A stretch of 64,000 bases of DNA from a virus. Lineage: Duplodnaviria > Caudoviricetes. Of the stretch, positions 39,568 to 49,307 are shown piece by piece. The stretch lies in the IMG/VR virus record IMGVR_UViG_3300026085_000093, positions 64,001 through 128,000 of that record; one strand, written 5' to 3'. The position numbers and the translations under genes are program-made. Below the pieces are notes generated by a model. It was not told where the DNA came from. It was given only the letters and a program-made list of their open reading frames with translations, and did not search any database. Every line of letters starts with the position of its first letter. The stretch's first letter is position 1.

Positions 39568-41729
39568 AACTCTTTTCTCGCACGTTGTACTTGTTTTTTA
39601 AGATTTAAATAAAGATGCTGCCATTCCGGCAACGCCTGATCTTGTATTTCTGTATCAATTCTTGACCATTGATATTTTACTGCCTTGGGCATATGCAAAT
39701 CTTGTTTTAAAATTTCAAAAACATGATTGTGATTGTATTCTATTTTGTGATATAATTCATTATATTCCTGTACGTGTGTTTTGATAGTAGAAAAACTATT
39801 TTCACTATACTTTACCATTTCTTCAGCGTACATTGCAACACGTTTTTCTAAATCAGGCTCTTTATCAAAACTATAATCAAAAATTTCATCGTATCTTACA
39901 AATCCTAATTTGTCTAAATATTCATGAAATCCATATCCTCCGCACACTAAAAATAATTTTTTACTTAACAAGGGATATATCGTTTTTTCAGTTACAAAGA
40001 CAGTTTCCCAACATGCTTCAGAAACAAAATCACATAATGTATGCCAATATTCTTCAGGTAATTTGTATGAATCCATATCAAGACTAAAAGTATCATTTTC
40101 TAGTGTCATTTGTTTACCATCATGATATTTGTATGGAAAGTCTGGTCTTTCTTTGCCACCGTCAATCCATGTTACATATCCTGAGTCTTGTAAGTTATGT
40201 TTTTTGATGTTATCGATTAAATGACAACGATGCAAGTGTGCTCTATTTTGTAAACATATCCAAGGCCATTTAGCAATATTATCATCTATATTCCAAAAAT
40301 CTCTAACATCATTTGGTGTACCATAATCTTCATATGAATCCATTATAGTTTTTGTAGAGTAATGAAAAAAGAAAGTTGACCAGTGTAAACTTCTAATTTT
40401 GTTTATACCGCTTTCTTTTAATTTTTTTTGATAATAAGAATTTTTTTGACAACCACTGATAACAATAGTTTCTATTTCTGGATGTGCATTAACATACTCT
40501 ACATATTCTGGATCAAACCAAGGTTCCCATTCTGCACTTCCATCTATAACAACTTTAGTTGTATGAATTGTTTTTAGATCTTTTATAATTTGGGCAAAAT
40601 TAAAACCATCTCCGTTATCGTGAGCACACCAATAGTTGTACCAAAGATAATCTCTTCTTTCTTTTGTTCCTTGCGTTGAGATTTCTTTATCTTTAAATCT
40701 TCTTGCTAAGGTTATAAGTTCTCCTTCATCGCCTTCAAATATGCCTCCAGGAGTAGTTATTTCTATTATCCTATTTTTTACAGTCGAAGGCACATGTTCA
40801 AACTTAGAAATATATTTGTCAAATATGTGTTCTACATTTTTTTTCAATTTAGGCTTTAGTGTATCATACATGCCTTTTAAGTTGTGTTTGTTATCTACAA
40901 CATATTTTATATTTTTAACTATACCTTCTATACGTTCTTCGTCAGTTTTTAAATTGTCAAAACTATAATCAAAAACTTCGTCGTATATTTCAAAACCCAT
41001 TTCCATTAGTTTAGAATGAAAATATCTACTACCAACAGTTAAGAACGGAAGTTTACATAACATAGGTGTTGCTGTCTTTTCTGTAATCGTCATACCTTCT
41101 GTATAACTTTCGGTAGGAATATGTAAAAAACTGTAGATAAAGTCATCATTAAAATCAAAACTACATAATTTTTCAGTGAACCTATCACTTGTAGTTAATC
41201 TACTACCATCGTGCCATTTAAAGTATTGAGCAGGATCATCATTTCTATGAGTTTGATGATATGTTACTAATCCTTTATCTATTAAATTTTCTCTAGCAAG
41301 AACATCAATAAAAACATCTCTATGATGTCTTTCTCTGCCATTCATAGACAGGAAAGGATATTTCCAAATATCCCAAGTATGTTTATCTTCTAATATTAAA
41401 TCCTTATAGTGAAAATTATTGTTTAAAAGTTCTTGATGTGATCTTATAATAAAAAATTCAGGCCAAGTATCTGCTCTACCATGTTGTCGAAGACCTATTA
41501 CACGTAATTTTTTTTGTAACAAGGGCAAATCATTTAAACATGTAACAATAGTATATTTAATACCGTGTTTGTTTATATGTTTTACAGATTTTGGAGAAAG
41601 ATCAATTTCAAATTCGTGATACCACCAAAAGTAAATATGATCCCACACACGAGAGCAGATTTTATTTTCTAATTCTGCATTTCCATATTGCCATGCGTAA
41701 ATGTGTGCAACATTTTCTTGGTTACCCAT
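39564..41729 (-). CDS. tandem two-domain GT-B/GT10-like (ITEK motif) protein
   Basis: Two homologous halves, each with ...N.R...HR..., [TS]E...[IV]TEKT..P....F...G...H..L...GF..YDE.FDYSFD. Confidence 0.55.
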   Translation of the reverse strand: MGNQENVAHIYAWQYGNAELENKICSRVWDHIYFWWYHEFEIDLSPKSVKHINKHGIKYTIVTCLNDLPLLQKKLRVIGLRQHGRADTWPEFFIIRSHQELLNNNFHYKDLILEDKHTWDIWKYPFLSMNGRERHHRDVFIDVLARENLIDKGLVTYHQTHRNDDPAQYFKWHDGSRLTTSDRFTEKLCSFDFNDDFIYSFLHIPTESYTEGMTITEKTATPMLCKLPFLTVGSRYFHSKLMEMGFEIYDEVFDYSFDNLKTDEERIEGIVKNIKYVVDNKHNLKGMYDTLKPKLKKNVEHIFDKYISKFEHVPSTVKNRIIEITTPGGIFEGDEGELITLARRFKDKEISTQGTKERRDYLWYNYWCAHDNGDGFNFAQIIKDLKTIHTTKVVIDGSAEWEPWFDPEYVEYVNAHPEIETIVISGCQKNSYYQKKLKESGINKIRSLHWSTFFFHYSTKTIMDSYEDYGTPNDVRDFWNIDDNIAKWPWICLQNRAHLHRCHLIDNIKKHNLQDSGYVTWIDGGKERPDFPYKYHDGKQMTLENDTFSLDMDSYKLPEEYWHTLCDFVSEACWETVFVTEKTIYPLLSKKLFLVCGGYGFHEYLDKLGFVRYDEIFDYSFDKEPDLEKRVAMYAEEMVKYSENSFSTIKTHVQEYNELYHKIEYNHNHVFEILKQDLHMPKAVKYQWSRIDTEIQDQALPEWQHLYLNLKKQVQRARKEL

Positions 41730-43633
41730 GCTTTACCAAAATTCCTTCTTCTTGCAAAAAATATTTGTTCACAAAATTGTTGTAAACTCATATTTTGGTT
41801 TTCAGGAAAATCAAACAATAAAGTACTCTTATTATTTAATTCTTCCCCGCTATGTATGTATCCTAGAAAATCGTAATCGTAATCTTTTGTGAGCGGGTAA
41901 GATTTAATTTTGTTGTAATCGATAAGGTAACTAGACTGGAAGTCCATAAGTTGGTCCATTACATCTTGTGGAAAATATGCGTATTCTTTTTGTACAAAAT
42001 CTTTTACAACACTAAACACATGTGATGCTTTGTCTTCACTATGTAAGTTAATAATAGTGCTGTGGATAAGATTCCAACCGTGTATTTCAATGCCTTGAAT
42101 TTTAGGGTGATCAATTCTACCGTTAGTACCCCAGTTAATATAGTATTTTCTAATGCGATCAATTTCGCTTTTTAACCAAGGATCTTGGCTTATATGGTCA
42201 AATAATTTTTCGTAAAATTCACTGTATTCTATGTTGCTAAAGTTGTATAAAAATCGACTGATATAATTTGTGATACCGTTGATATGGAAAGTATTTTGGA
42301 ACCAACTATACACTTGTGCATCTAGCATCTTTTCATAAGGTAAGTCTTTTGTAGATACAACAATATCTATACCTTCTTTAAGTTCATCTTCGTTATAAGC
42401 GCCAACAAGATAGTCAGTAACTTTTCTACCTTCAATTTCAAATTCTTGTTTTTGTACAAGATTCATTTCTGCATTTTCAAGCAACTGTGCTTGATATACT
42501 GTAACGCCTGTATGGTTACCAGCTTTGTATAGACTATAAAAATTATCTTTCCAAGTTTCTAATGTTTCTCCAGGTAACCCTAAAATTAATTCTGTATATA
42601 ACGGAATATTGTTTTCTTCGCACATATCAAACACTTCTTCAATTTTATTCATTTCAAGATTTTTTCGTTTGATAATTTCTAAAACATTTTCATCCATCGA
42701 TTGCACAGAAAGATTTAAACCAATTTTTGCACCGCCATCATAGATAAGTTTTCTTACAATATCTACAACTTCTTTCTTTTGGTTTTTAGCCCATGCAATA
42801 GTATATGCTTTTGGATTGTCATATGTTTTTTGTACTTGAATAAGTTTATCTGCAATCATACTATCACGTTCAGCGAAAATACCAAAGTTTGCATCTGTTA
42901 AACTTACAAAGTCGCAACCTGTTTTACCGATCCATTCTAATTCATCAAACACACGTTCTAAATTAAACTTTTTAACTTTATTATATGTTAAACTGCCCCA
43001 GTCACAAAAAGTACAAGCATACGGACACCCACGATTAGTTTCAAGTGTAGCATTCCATGTTACTTCAGGATGCTTTGCCATAAGTTTATCAAATACACCT
43101 GTTAAGTAAGGACTAGGTATTTCATCTAATTCATTAATTCTAGGCTGTGCACCTGTGTCTACAGTTTTACCATCTACATTTACGATTAAACCCTTTACAT
43201 CTAACCAAGAATCTCTGTCATCTAATGCTTCAAGAATTTTTCTAAAACTTCTTTCGCCTTCTTGTTTTACACAAACGTCAATATACGGAAAACGTTCAAA
43301 AAAGTTTGGATCTTCAATGGGAGGCTCTGGACCTCCAAACAAAATAACAATATCAGGATTTGCTTTTTTTAATTCTCTTGCTAAAACATTATTGTATTGT
43401 TTGTTCCATATATATGTAGAAAAGCCTACTACTGTGTTGTCCTTTAAAAGTTCAACTGTTTCAGCAATAGGATCTCTGCGCCAAACAAACTCGTCTAGTT
43501 CATATTGGCTACTAACAGATTCAAACTGATTAACATATGACCAAAGTATGCCAACACTATACGGTAAGTAGTAAGCATTGAACTCTTTAGGTCCTTGTTG
43601 GAAATTTGGGTTTACAAAACTAATTTTTTTCAT
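41669..43633 (-). CDS. cobalamin-binding radical SAM protein
   Basis: LPYSVG...GFSTYIWN...FGGPE, ETNRGCPYACTFC, ELILGLPGE; paralog of 12692-14545. Confidence 0.9.
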   Translation of the reverse strand: MKKISFVNPNFQQGPKEFNAYYLPYSVGILWSYVNQFESVSSQYELDEFVWRRDPIAETVELLKDNTVVGFSTYIWNKQYNNVLARELKKANPDIVILFGGPEPPIEDPNFFERFPYIDVCVKQEGERSFRKILEALDDRDSWLDVKGLIVNVDGKTVDTGAQPRINELDEIPSPYLTGVFDKLMAKHPEVTWNATLETNRGCPYACTFCDWGSLTYNKVKKFNLERVFDELEWIGKTGCDFVSLTDANFGIFAERDSMIADKLIQVQKTYDNPKAYTIAWAKNQKKEVVDIVRKLIYDGGAKIGLNLSVQSMDENVLEIIKRKNLEMNKIEEVFDMCEENNIPLYTELILGLPGETLETWKDNFYSLYKAGNHTGVTVYQAQLLENAEMNLVQKQEFEIEGRKVTDYLVGAYNEDELKEGIDIVVSTKDLPYEKMLDAQVYSWFQNTFHINGITNYISRFLYNFSNIEYSEFYEKLFDHISQDPWLKSEIDRIRKYYINWGTNGRIDHPKIQGIEIHGWNLIHSTIINLHSEDKASHVFSVVKDFVQKEYAYFPQDVMDQLMDFQSSYLIDYNKIKSYPLTKDYDYDFLGYIHSGEELNNKSTLLFDFPENQNMSLQQFCEQIFFARRRNFGKAWVTKKMLHTFTHGNMEMQN

Positions 43634-44849
43634 TGATAGTATATTTATTGTTAAAAAGATTTTGCACTGTTGCCATGAGCCTTAATCCAGTATCTCTGTC
43701 ATAATTGGAAGATCTAAAAAGATTTTGATTATATGTAATCTTATTTAGATTTTCCATAATTATATCTTCTTTTTGGGTTCTTGTCAATTTAATCCATTTT
43801 TCTAAACTTTGGTGGAATGCTTGAAATCGTTCATATGGATTTAAAATCTCATCGTAACTCTGATCTATCCCTTCAAAGTCTGTTTTATATCCTAAACTTC
43901 TAAGATATTTTAGTACTCGAAATTGCCCTAAAACCATAAATGGATGCCCGGCTGCAATAGGCTTCATAACCTTTTCTGTAATAAACATTCCTTCTTCTGC
44001 AAACGCAGTTTCTGTTACAACACTAAGTAAACTATTTTCGTAAAGAGCATGATTAAAAATAGTTGCATCTTTATCAGGATCACTTTTACAATCTACTCCG
44101 TCAATGTCTAAAGGTAAACCTTTAAGCAATGTTTTATTCCATAGTTTATCATCTTGTAGTGTAATTCTACTAGGCATGCCTACTTGGCCTTTTTGTGGTA
44201 AACTGCCACTAACAAGTCCTTGATTTACATATCCTGTATTAAGTAACCAAAACAAATGTTCAAGTCTTGAAGACCGTGTATTTCTGTTCATACTTAAAAA
44301 ATCTTTAGAATCTTTATTTTTAATAGCATTTATAACTAATGCATTTTGCGGTATTCTATCATCAAAATAAAATGTATGAGTAAAACTGTGAACATGAGCA
44401 AATAAAGGCACTTCATAATTTCTACTACACCATGTTAAATAGTTTGTTGAGAAATCTGCATTACCATCCATAAGTATGACACTATTTTTATGGAAATCAT
44501 TTTCTTCCATTACTTCGTGCATATTATAAAAACCGTCACATCCAGGAAAAATCATATTCATGCCTTCGGAAGAATTATCAATTACAATTCTTATTTTTCC
44601 TCTTCGAACTGCATTAGCAACATCATTTGGAAGATTATTCAAGACATGATTATCATATGTTCCCCAATCATTAGCATGACCTGCAACACTTACAAAATAT
44701 ATTCCAGGCCAGTTCCATCCATCTTTAATTTGTTTTACACCAAAACCTGCTTTTTTAAGTGTTCGAGAGTATAACCAAGTATCAAAAATGTACGGCTGTA
44801 CACCGTACATATTTCCAATTGTGTCATGATAGTATGCTGCAAGTTTCAA
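43620..44849 (-). CDS. GT-B/GT10-like (ITEK motif) protein
   Basis: FLSMNR..R..R, VVTET...FITEKVMKPI..GHPF..LG...LG.K...SYD. Confidence 0.55.
   Translation of the reverse strand: MKLAAYYHDTIGNMYGVQPYIFDTWLYSRTLKKAGFGVKQIKDGWNWPGIYFVSVAGHANDWGTYDNHVLNNLPNDVANAVRRGKIRIVIDNSSEGMNMIFPGCDGFYNMHEVMEENDFHKNSVILMDGNADFSTNYLTWCSRNYEVPLFAHVHSFTHTFYFDDRIPQNALVINAIKNKDSKDFLSMNRNTRSSRLEHLFWLLNTGYVNQGLVSGSLPQKGQVGMPSRITLQDDKLWNKTLLKGLPLDIDGVDCKSDPDKDATIFNHALYENSLLSVVTETAFAEEGMFITEKVMKPIAAGHPFMVLGQFRVLKYLRSLGYKTDFEGIDQSYDEILNPYERFQAFHQSLEKWIKLTRTQKEDIIMENLNKITYNQNLFRSSNYDRDTGLRLMATVQNLFNNKYTINEKN
43638..43648 (-). promoter_or_regulatory. putative late promoter ATAAATATACT
   Basis: The 10-mer TAAATATACT is identical to 55049-55058 and lies 4 nt upstream of the B12 radical SAM start. 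Confidence 0.4.
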
Positions 44850-45814
44850 GTTTCTTGTTTCTCAATTTGTTGTAGTATCCACTGGTAGGTTTGTTGCAAC
44901 CCATATTCTAAATTATCTTGTGGTGCCCATCCTATAGTTTCTTGAATAAGTTTGTTATGACTATTTCTACCGTTTACACCGACGGGACCTGGCACATTAT
45001 TAATTGTAAGTTTTTTATTAGTATTAACACTTGCAATTAAGTGTGCTAAATCATTTATAGCAATCATACGTTCACTACCAAGATTTAACGGCTGATTATA
45101 ATCGCTTTCCATAATTCTATGGATGCCTTCAATAGCTTCATCGATATAAAGAAAACTTCTTGTTTGTGTGCCAGGTCCCCAAATTTCTACAGTTTCGTCT
45201 TCGCTCATTGCAACTTTTCTACATAAGGCGGCGGGAGATTTTTCTTTACCTCCAGTCCATGTGCTTTCTGGTCCAAATACATTATGAAAACGACACATTC
45301 TTGCACGTATACCGTAATTCTTTTCAAATGACATACACAAACGTTCGCTGAATAATTTTTCCCAACCGTATTCAGAATCGGGATTCGCTGGATACGCACT
45401 TTCTTCACTACACAAAGGATTATCAGGATCCATTTGATTGTGTTCAGGATACATGCAAGCACTTGAACTATAAAAAATACGTTTTACACCTTTAACAACC
45501 ATTTCTTTTAAAATGTTAAGATTTATCATTGCAGAGTTGTGCATAATATCAGCATCGTTATCTCCTGTAAAAATATATCCTGCTCCTCCCATATCCGCAG
45601 CAAGTTGATATATTTCATAGATGTCTTCTGTAATTAATTTGCGTACATCTGCTTGTTCTCGCAAATCTACAATATGAAATTCATTGCATTCAGTTTCGCT
45701 GAATTCAGGATACTCTAAATCTGCACCGATTACATAGTGTCCTTGTGCTTTTAAACTTCTTACTAAATGAACTCCTATAAATCCGCCTGCGCCGCATACT
45801 AATATTTTACTCAT
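44846..45814 (-). CDS. GDP-mannose 3',5'-epimerase-like extended SDR
   Basis: GAGGFIG, LAADMGG, SSACMYP, YGWEK (YxxxK), GGKEKSPAALCRK; includes the Cys and Lys that GME uses as catalytic residues. Confidence 0.85.
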   Translation of the reverse strand: MSKILVCGAGGFIGVHLVRSLKAQGHYVIGADLEYPEFSETECNEFHIVDLREQADVRKLITEDIYEIYQLAADMGGAGYIFTGDNDADIMHNSAMINLNILKEMVVKGVKRIFYSSSACMYPEHNQMDPDNPLCSEESAYPANPDSEYGWEKLFSERLCMSFEKNYGIRARMCRFHNVFGPESTWTGGKEKSPAALCRKVAMSEDETVEIWGPGTQTRSFLYIDEAIEGIHRIMESDYNQPLNLGSERMIAINDLAHLIASVNTNKKLTINNVPGPVGVNGRNSHNKLIQETIGWAPQDNLEYGLQQTYQWILQQIEKQET

Positions 45815-47118
45815 ATGTCTGCTCCATATTTTTCAACAAGATCTAATAATTCTACAGGTTTTAAATTTTTAAAATGCTGAATATTATATTCTCGTATTTC
45901 ATGTGTTTGTGTATATAACTGTTTTAGTTTTTGTTCAGGCCAAGACTTGATATCTTTACATACTTTAATAATTGCTTCCATTCTGTCTTTGGCGTTTAAT
46001 ATTTCATCATAACTTTCGTCCCACCAATTATCAAAAGTTTTAAATCCTAACTTTTTAAGATACTGAAGTGTAAACGCAGGACCAACAATAATAAAAGGTT
46101 GTTTGAATATAATTGGCTTCATTGTTTTTTCTGTCAAATGAATTACATTATTTTCAAAATTTGTTTCGCTTGCAAGATGAATATATGTTCGATCATACCA
46201 TTCAGCAGTATCCATTAAGTGTTCTTCTACAGGAAATCTGTCAAAATGTTTACTGTCTAACACAAAAGGCAAATCGTCCCATAAATTTTCAAAATCTTCT
46301 CTTTCAAATCCTAAATTATATTTTGAAGAAGTTCTTTCAAAATCGTATATAAAATGTTCAAAAGGTCTATTGACACCTCCGTGTCTGTCAAAACTCATAT
46401 GACAGTCATCTAGCATATCATTTTTAATCATCTGTAATAACAGCAACATACGATGTTCATGGCTACGTCTGTTAAAATTTAAAAACAATCTATCTTGCTT
46501 GCCTAAGTCAACACGGCTTTCATAAACTTCATCACGTAAAATGTCTTTTGTAATTTGTATATACAAACCCATATATTCAACATTTAATTTATCTTTGCCT
46601 ACACCTGCTTGTAAACAGTACTTGTCGTAAATAGTTTGTATATTTGCACAGTTTGTTGCATAGATAACTTTATTTAAAGGTACACCTTGACTATTAAAAT
46701 AATCATGTAGAGTTTGAAAATCTCTATGCGTAACAAAACTTTCGTATCTACAGTTTACAAATAGATATCCATTACCATTATAAATCCTATCCCAAACTTC
46801 TCCGGGAATAGGTGTTCTTTGTAAAAATCCGCAAAACTGATCCATTGTAATAGACATGTAATTTAAGTTAGGACTTAAAATAACTTCATAAAAAAACTTT
46901 CTATCGCCTATATCTTTTATTTCAGAAGAAGGAATAATTTTGCAAGGTACAAAATTTCCTATTTCCATAACAGCAGGATCATGTTCCATTGTTGCATCAC
47001 TAAACTTAACATCAATGTCGTCAATACGTTTAGCGAGATCATATATGTCAGGTATCTTATGGTTATTTAAAGGACCTAGTGGTCCAATCCAATTATATGC
47101 CCAAATCAACTGTTTCAT
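45811..47118 (-). CDS. GT-B/GT10-like (ITEK motif) protein
   Basis: FLNFNRR.HEHR, ASET...LTEKTMKPI..KQPF..VG...LGFKTF...ESYD. Confidence 0.55.
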   Translation of the reverse strand: MKQLIWAYNWIGPLGPLNNHKIPDIYDLAKRIDDIDVKFSDATMEHDPAVMEIGNFVPCKIIPSSEIKDIGDRKFFYEVILSPNLNYMSITMDQFCGFLQRTPIPGEVWDRIYNGNGYLFVNCRYESFVTHRDFQTLHDYFNSQGVPLNKVIYATNCANIQTIYDKYCLQAGVGKDKLNVEYMGLYIQITKDILRDEVYESRVDLGKQDRLFLNFNRRSHEHRMLLLLQMIKNDMLDDCHMSFDRHGGVNRPFEHFIYDFERTSSKYNLGFEREDFENLWDDLPFVLDSKHFDRFPVEEHLMDTAEWYDRTYIHLASETNFENNVIHLTEKTMKPIIFKQPFIIVGPAFTLQYLKKLGFKTFDNWWDESYDEILNAKDRMEAIIKVCKDIKSWPEQKLKQLYTQTHEIREYNIQHFKNLKPVELLDLVEKYGADI

Positions 47119-47944
47119 GTGTTAATTCACTTATATCGTAACTATTCTTAAAATTTTTCATACTGTCCATTTTTTCAAGCATTAATTCTTGGTTATATAT
47201 ATTTTCTCTTACAGGTACAAATATTTCATTACAAACATATTTGTTATAATGTGTCATATTATTTGTAGCAATTTTTAGTTTTGGTGCTAAAATTTCTTTT
47301 ATAAAATTATATGTTTGTTCAGGTTTAGGATGATCATCAACCCAGTTTCCTCCCACATTTGTCATAAAAATTGGCTTTTTTTCTTTAAAATGATGATATA
47401 AAGGCAATTCTATAAATTTATAACGAAGTTTGTTTATTTTGTGTGTCATGTTTTGTGCAATATGTTTATTATGTCCTACTAAATCGTTATGTTTTCCTCT
47501 TTGTATACTTAGATGTGCCATAGCATCTGGTGTAAGAAACATAAAGGTCCAATTTACTTTTAAAGATTCTAGCAAGCGTATTGTATGAAACATGTATGTT
47601 AATGTTTTTATATATGATGTAGTAGGACTCATAATGTAATCTAATTTTGCTGTTGCTAATTCTATTGCCAAGCCGCCGCCATGATTTGACCATTCTTCTT
47701 CTTTTTCGAGATAATCAATTCTTGTAGGTTCTGACCATTGAACAATAACAGTGTCGTTTTCTTTGATTTTATTTGCTAACACACATCCTAATAATCTATG
47801 ATAAATGGCAAAATTACCTATACCTGCTAAACCGCAGTTAAATGTTTTATCAAATTGCTGTGCCAAATATTCAGGATACATAGGCCAACTGTAATTTGTA
47901 AAACTACAACCATAACAAAACAAATTAGGCAACTTGTAATTCAT
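47093..47944 (-). CDS. SGNH/GDSL-like protein
   Basis: YGCSFT, GIGN, VQWS...R.D, DDHP. Confidence 0.6.
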   Translation of the reverse strand: MNYKLPNLFCYGCSFTNYSWPMYPEYLAQQFDKTFNCGLAGIGNFAIYHRLLGCVLANKIKENDTVIVQWSEPTRIDYLEKEEEWSNHGGGLAIELATAKLDYIMSPTTSYIKTLTYMFHTIRLLESLKVNWTFMFLTPDAMAHLSIQRGKHNDLVGHNKHIAQNMTHKINKLRYKFIELPLYHHFKEKKPIFMTNVGGNWVDDHPKPEQTYNFIKEILAPKLKIATNNMTHYNKYVCNEIFVPVRENIYNQELMLEKMDSMKNFKNSYDISELTHETVDLGI

Positions 47945-49307
47945 CCTTAGTCTGCTTACACAAATTATAAAAACCTTCCATCTCAGGAAATGTTTCTAAA
48001 AAGTTTACATTTCTTCTTACATCATATTCATTAAACCAATTATAAAAATCTGCTCTGCCTTCTTTTACTCTTGGTTCGTCATAGTTAACATTTGCAAAAT
48101 AATTTCTTACTCTACGAAAACGCTCATATTCTAAATCACTAAATTTTGTAGTGTCTTTGTCGTCTCTATTGTCATCAATAAATTGTAAAATTTTATCCAT
48201 GTAAGGCAAAAATTCATCCTTAGGTAAAATATGCATGTCATATTGTAACGGTTCTTTTAGATAAGGTGTATCAAATCTAATACGTCTACGCTTAGGATCA
48301 TAAAATTCTTTACGCCAATCTAAAACTTTTTGTAGGAATAAATTAAAACTTGTAACACTAAGAATATTAAACGTACACATGATTGTCAAATCAGAGCCAG
48401 TAATATTTAAAAAGTTTTTCATATTACTTTCCCAAAGATTTACATCTAAACCTGTTCGAAGATATTCTGCACGATTGTCAAATGTATCCATACTAGAATA
48501 TACTTTAAACTTTTTAATTTTGTTACCTTCTAAAAGTTCTTTTACATTATCAGCAAACTTAGACACAATACGTGGACTTAATCCCATATTACTATTGAGG
48601 TTAAGTTCAATATGAGGACGTGGATTTTCTTTAAGTTCGTCAAATATACGCCATGTGCTTTTATGCATAAGAGGCTCACCTCCTGTAATCCGTAAAATGT
48701 TTAGTGTCTTACTTACTTCAGGCCACCATTTCCACCATGCATCTACGTAAGGATTTGACCCTTCTTCCATAGGCTGGAACCAATCAACATCGCACCTATG
48801 ATTTTTTACCATATCATACGGACCATGTTTTTTGACTTCGTTATAGAAACTACTACTTGCCATAGGTGAACAATATCCACATTTAAAATTACATTCATTA
48901 CTAAATGCAATTTCAATATATTCTGGATTTACGTTAAAGTCCCAAGGAGAATCTACAATTTCTTGTAATCGCTCAGGCTTGTAAATACTTTCATTACGAA
49001 TGTTTCTATCAGAAATATGATCATCACCTAATGCTTCAACATTCCAACAATAAGTACAGCCTTTAGGTTTTTCACCTACAAGCATTTTTGCACGTTCTTT
49101 TTTCTTTGTAAGTGTATTGTGCAATGCACTAGGATTGTTTTTAATTTCTTGTAAATCAATCTTATGCGGTGGCGGATGATAACAACTGTGTGTATCACCT
49201 GTATGTAAATAAATTGTAGTATGATGCCACTTGGCCAAACAGAATGTAGGACTTACATCCTCCATTATACCAGCAGCTTCTTTAATTCTATCTGTTTCTG
49301 ATTTCAT
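47925..49307 (-). CDS. twitch-domain radical SAM protein (CYH subtype)
   Basis: FCLAKW...HSCYHP...CTYCW...SDR, CNFKCGYC, TGGEP. Confidence 0.92.
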   Translation of the reverse strand: MKSETDRIKEAAGIMEDVSPTFCLAKWHHTTIYLHTGDTHSCYHPPPHKIDLQEIKNNPSALHNTLTKKKERAKMLVGEKPKGCTYCWNVEALGDDHISDRNIRNESIYKPERLQEIVDSPWDFNVNPEYIEIAFSNECNFKCGYCSPMASSSFYNEVKKHGPYDMVKNHRCDVDWFQPMEEGSNPYVDAWWKWWPEVSKTLNILRITGGEPLMHKSTWRIFDELKENPRPHIELNLNSNMGLSPRIVSKFADNVKELLEGNKIKKFKVYSSMDTFDNRAEYLRTGLDVNLWESNMKNFLNITGSDLTIMCTFNILSVTSFNLFLQKVLDWRKEFYDPKRRRIRFDTPYLKEPLQYDMHILPKDEFLPYMDKILQFIDDNRDDKDTTKFSDLEYERFRRVRNYFANVNYDEPRVKEGRADFYNWFNEYDVRRNVNFLETFPEMEGFYNLCKQTKDELQVA

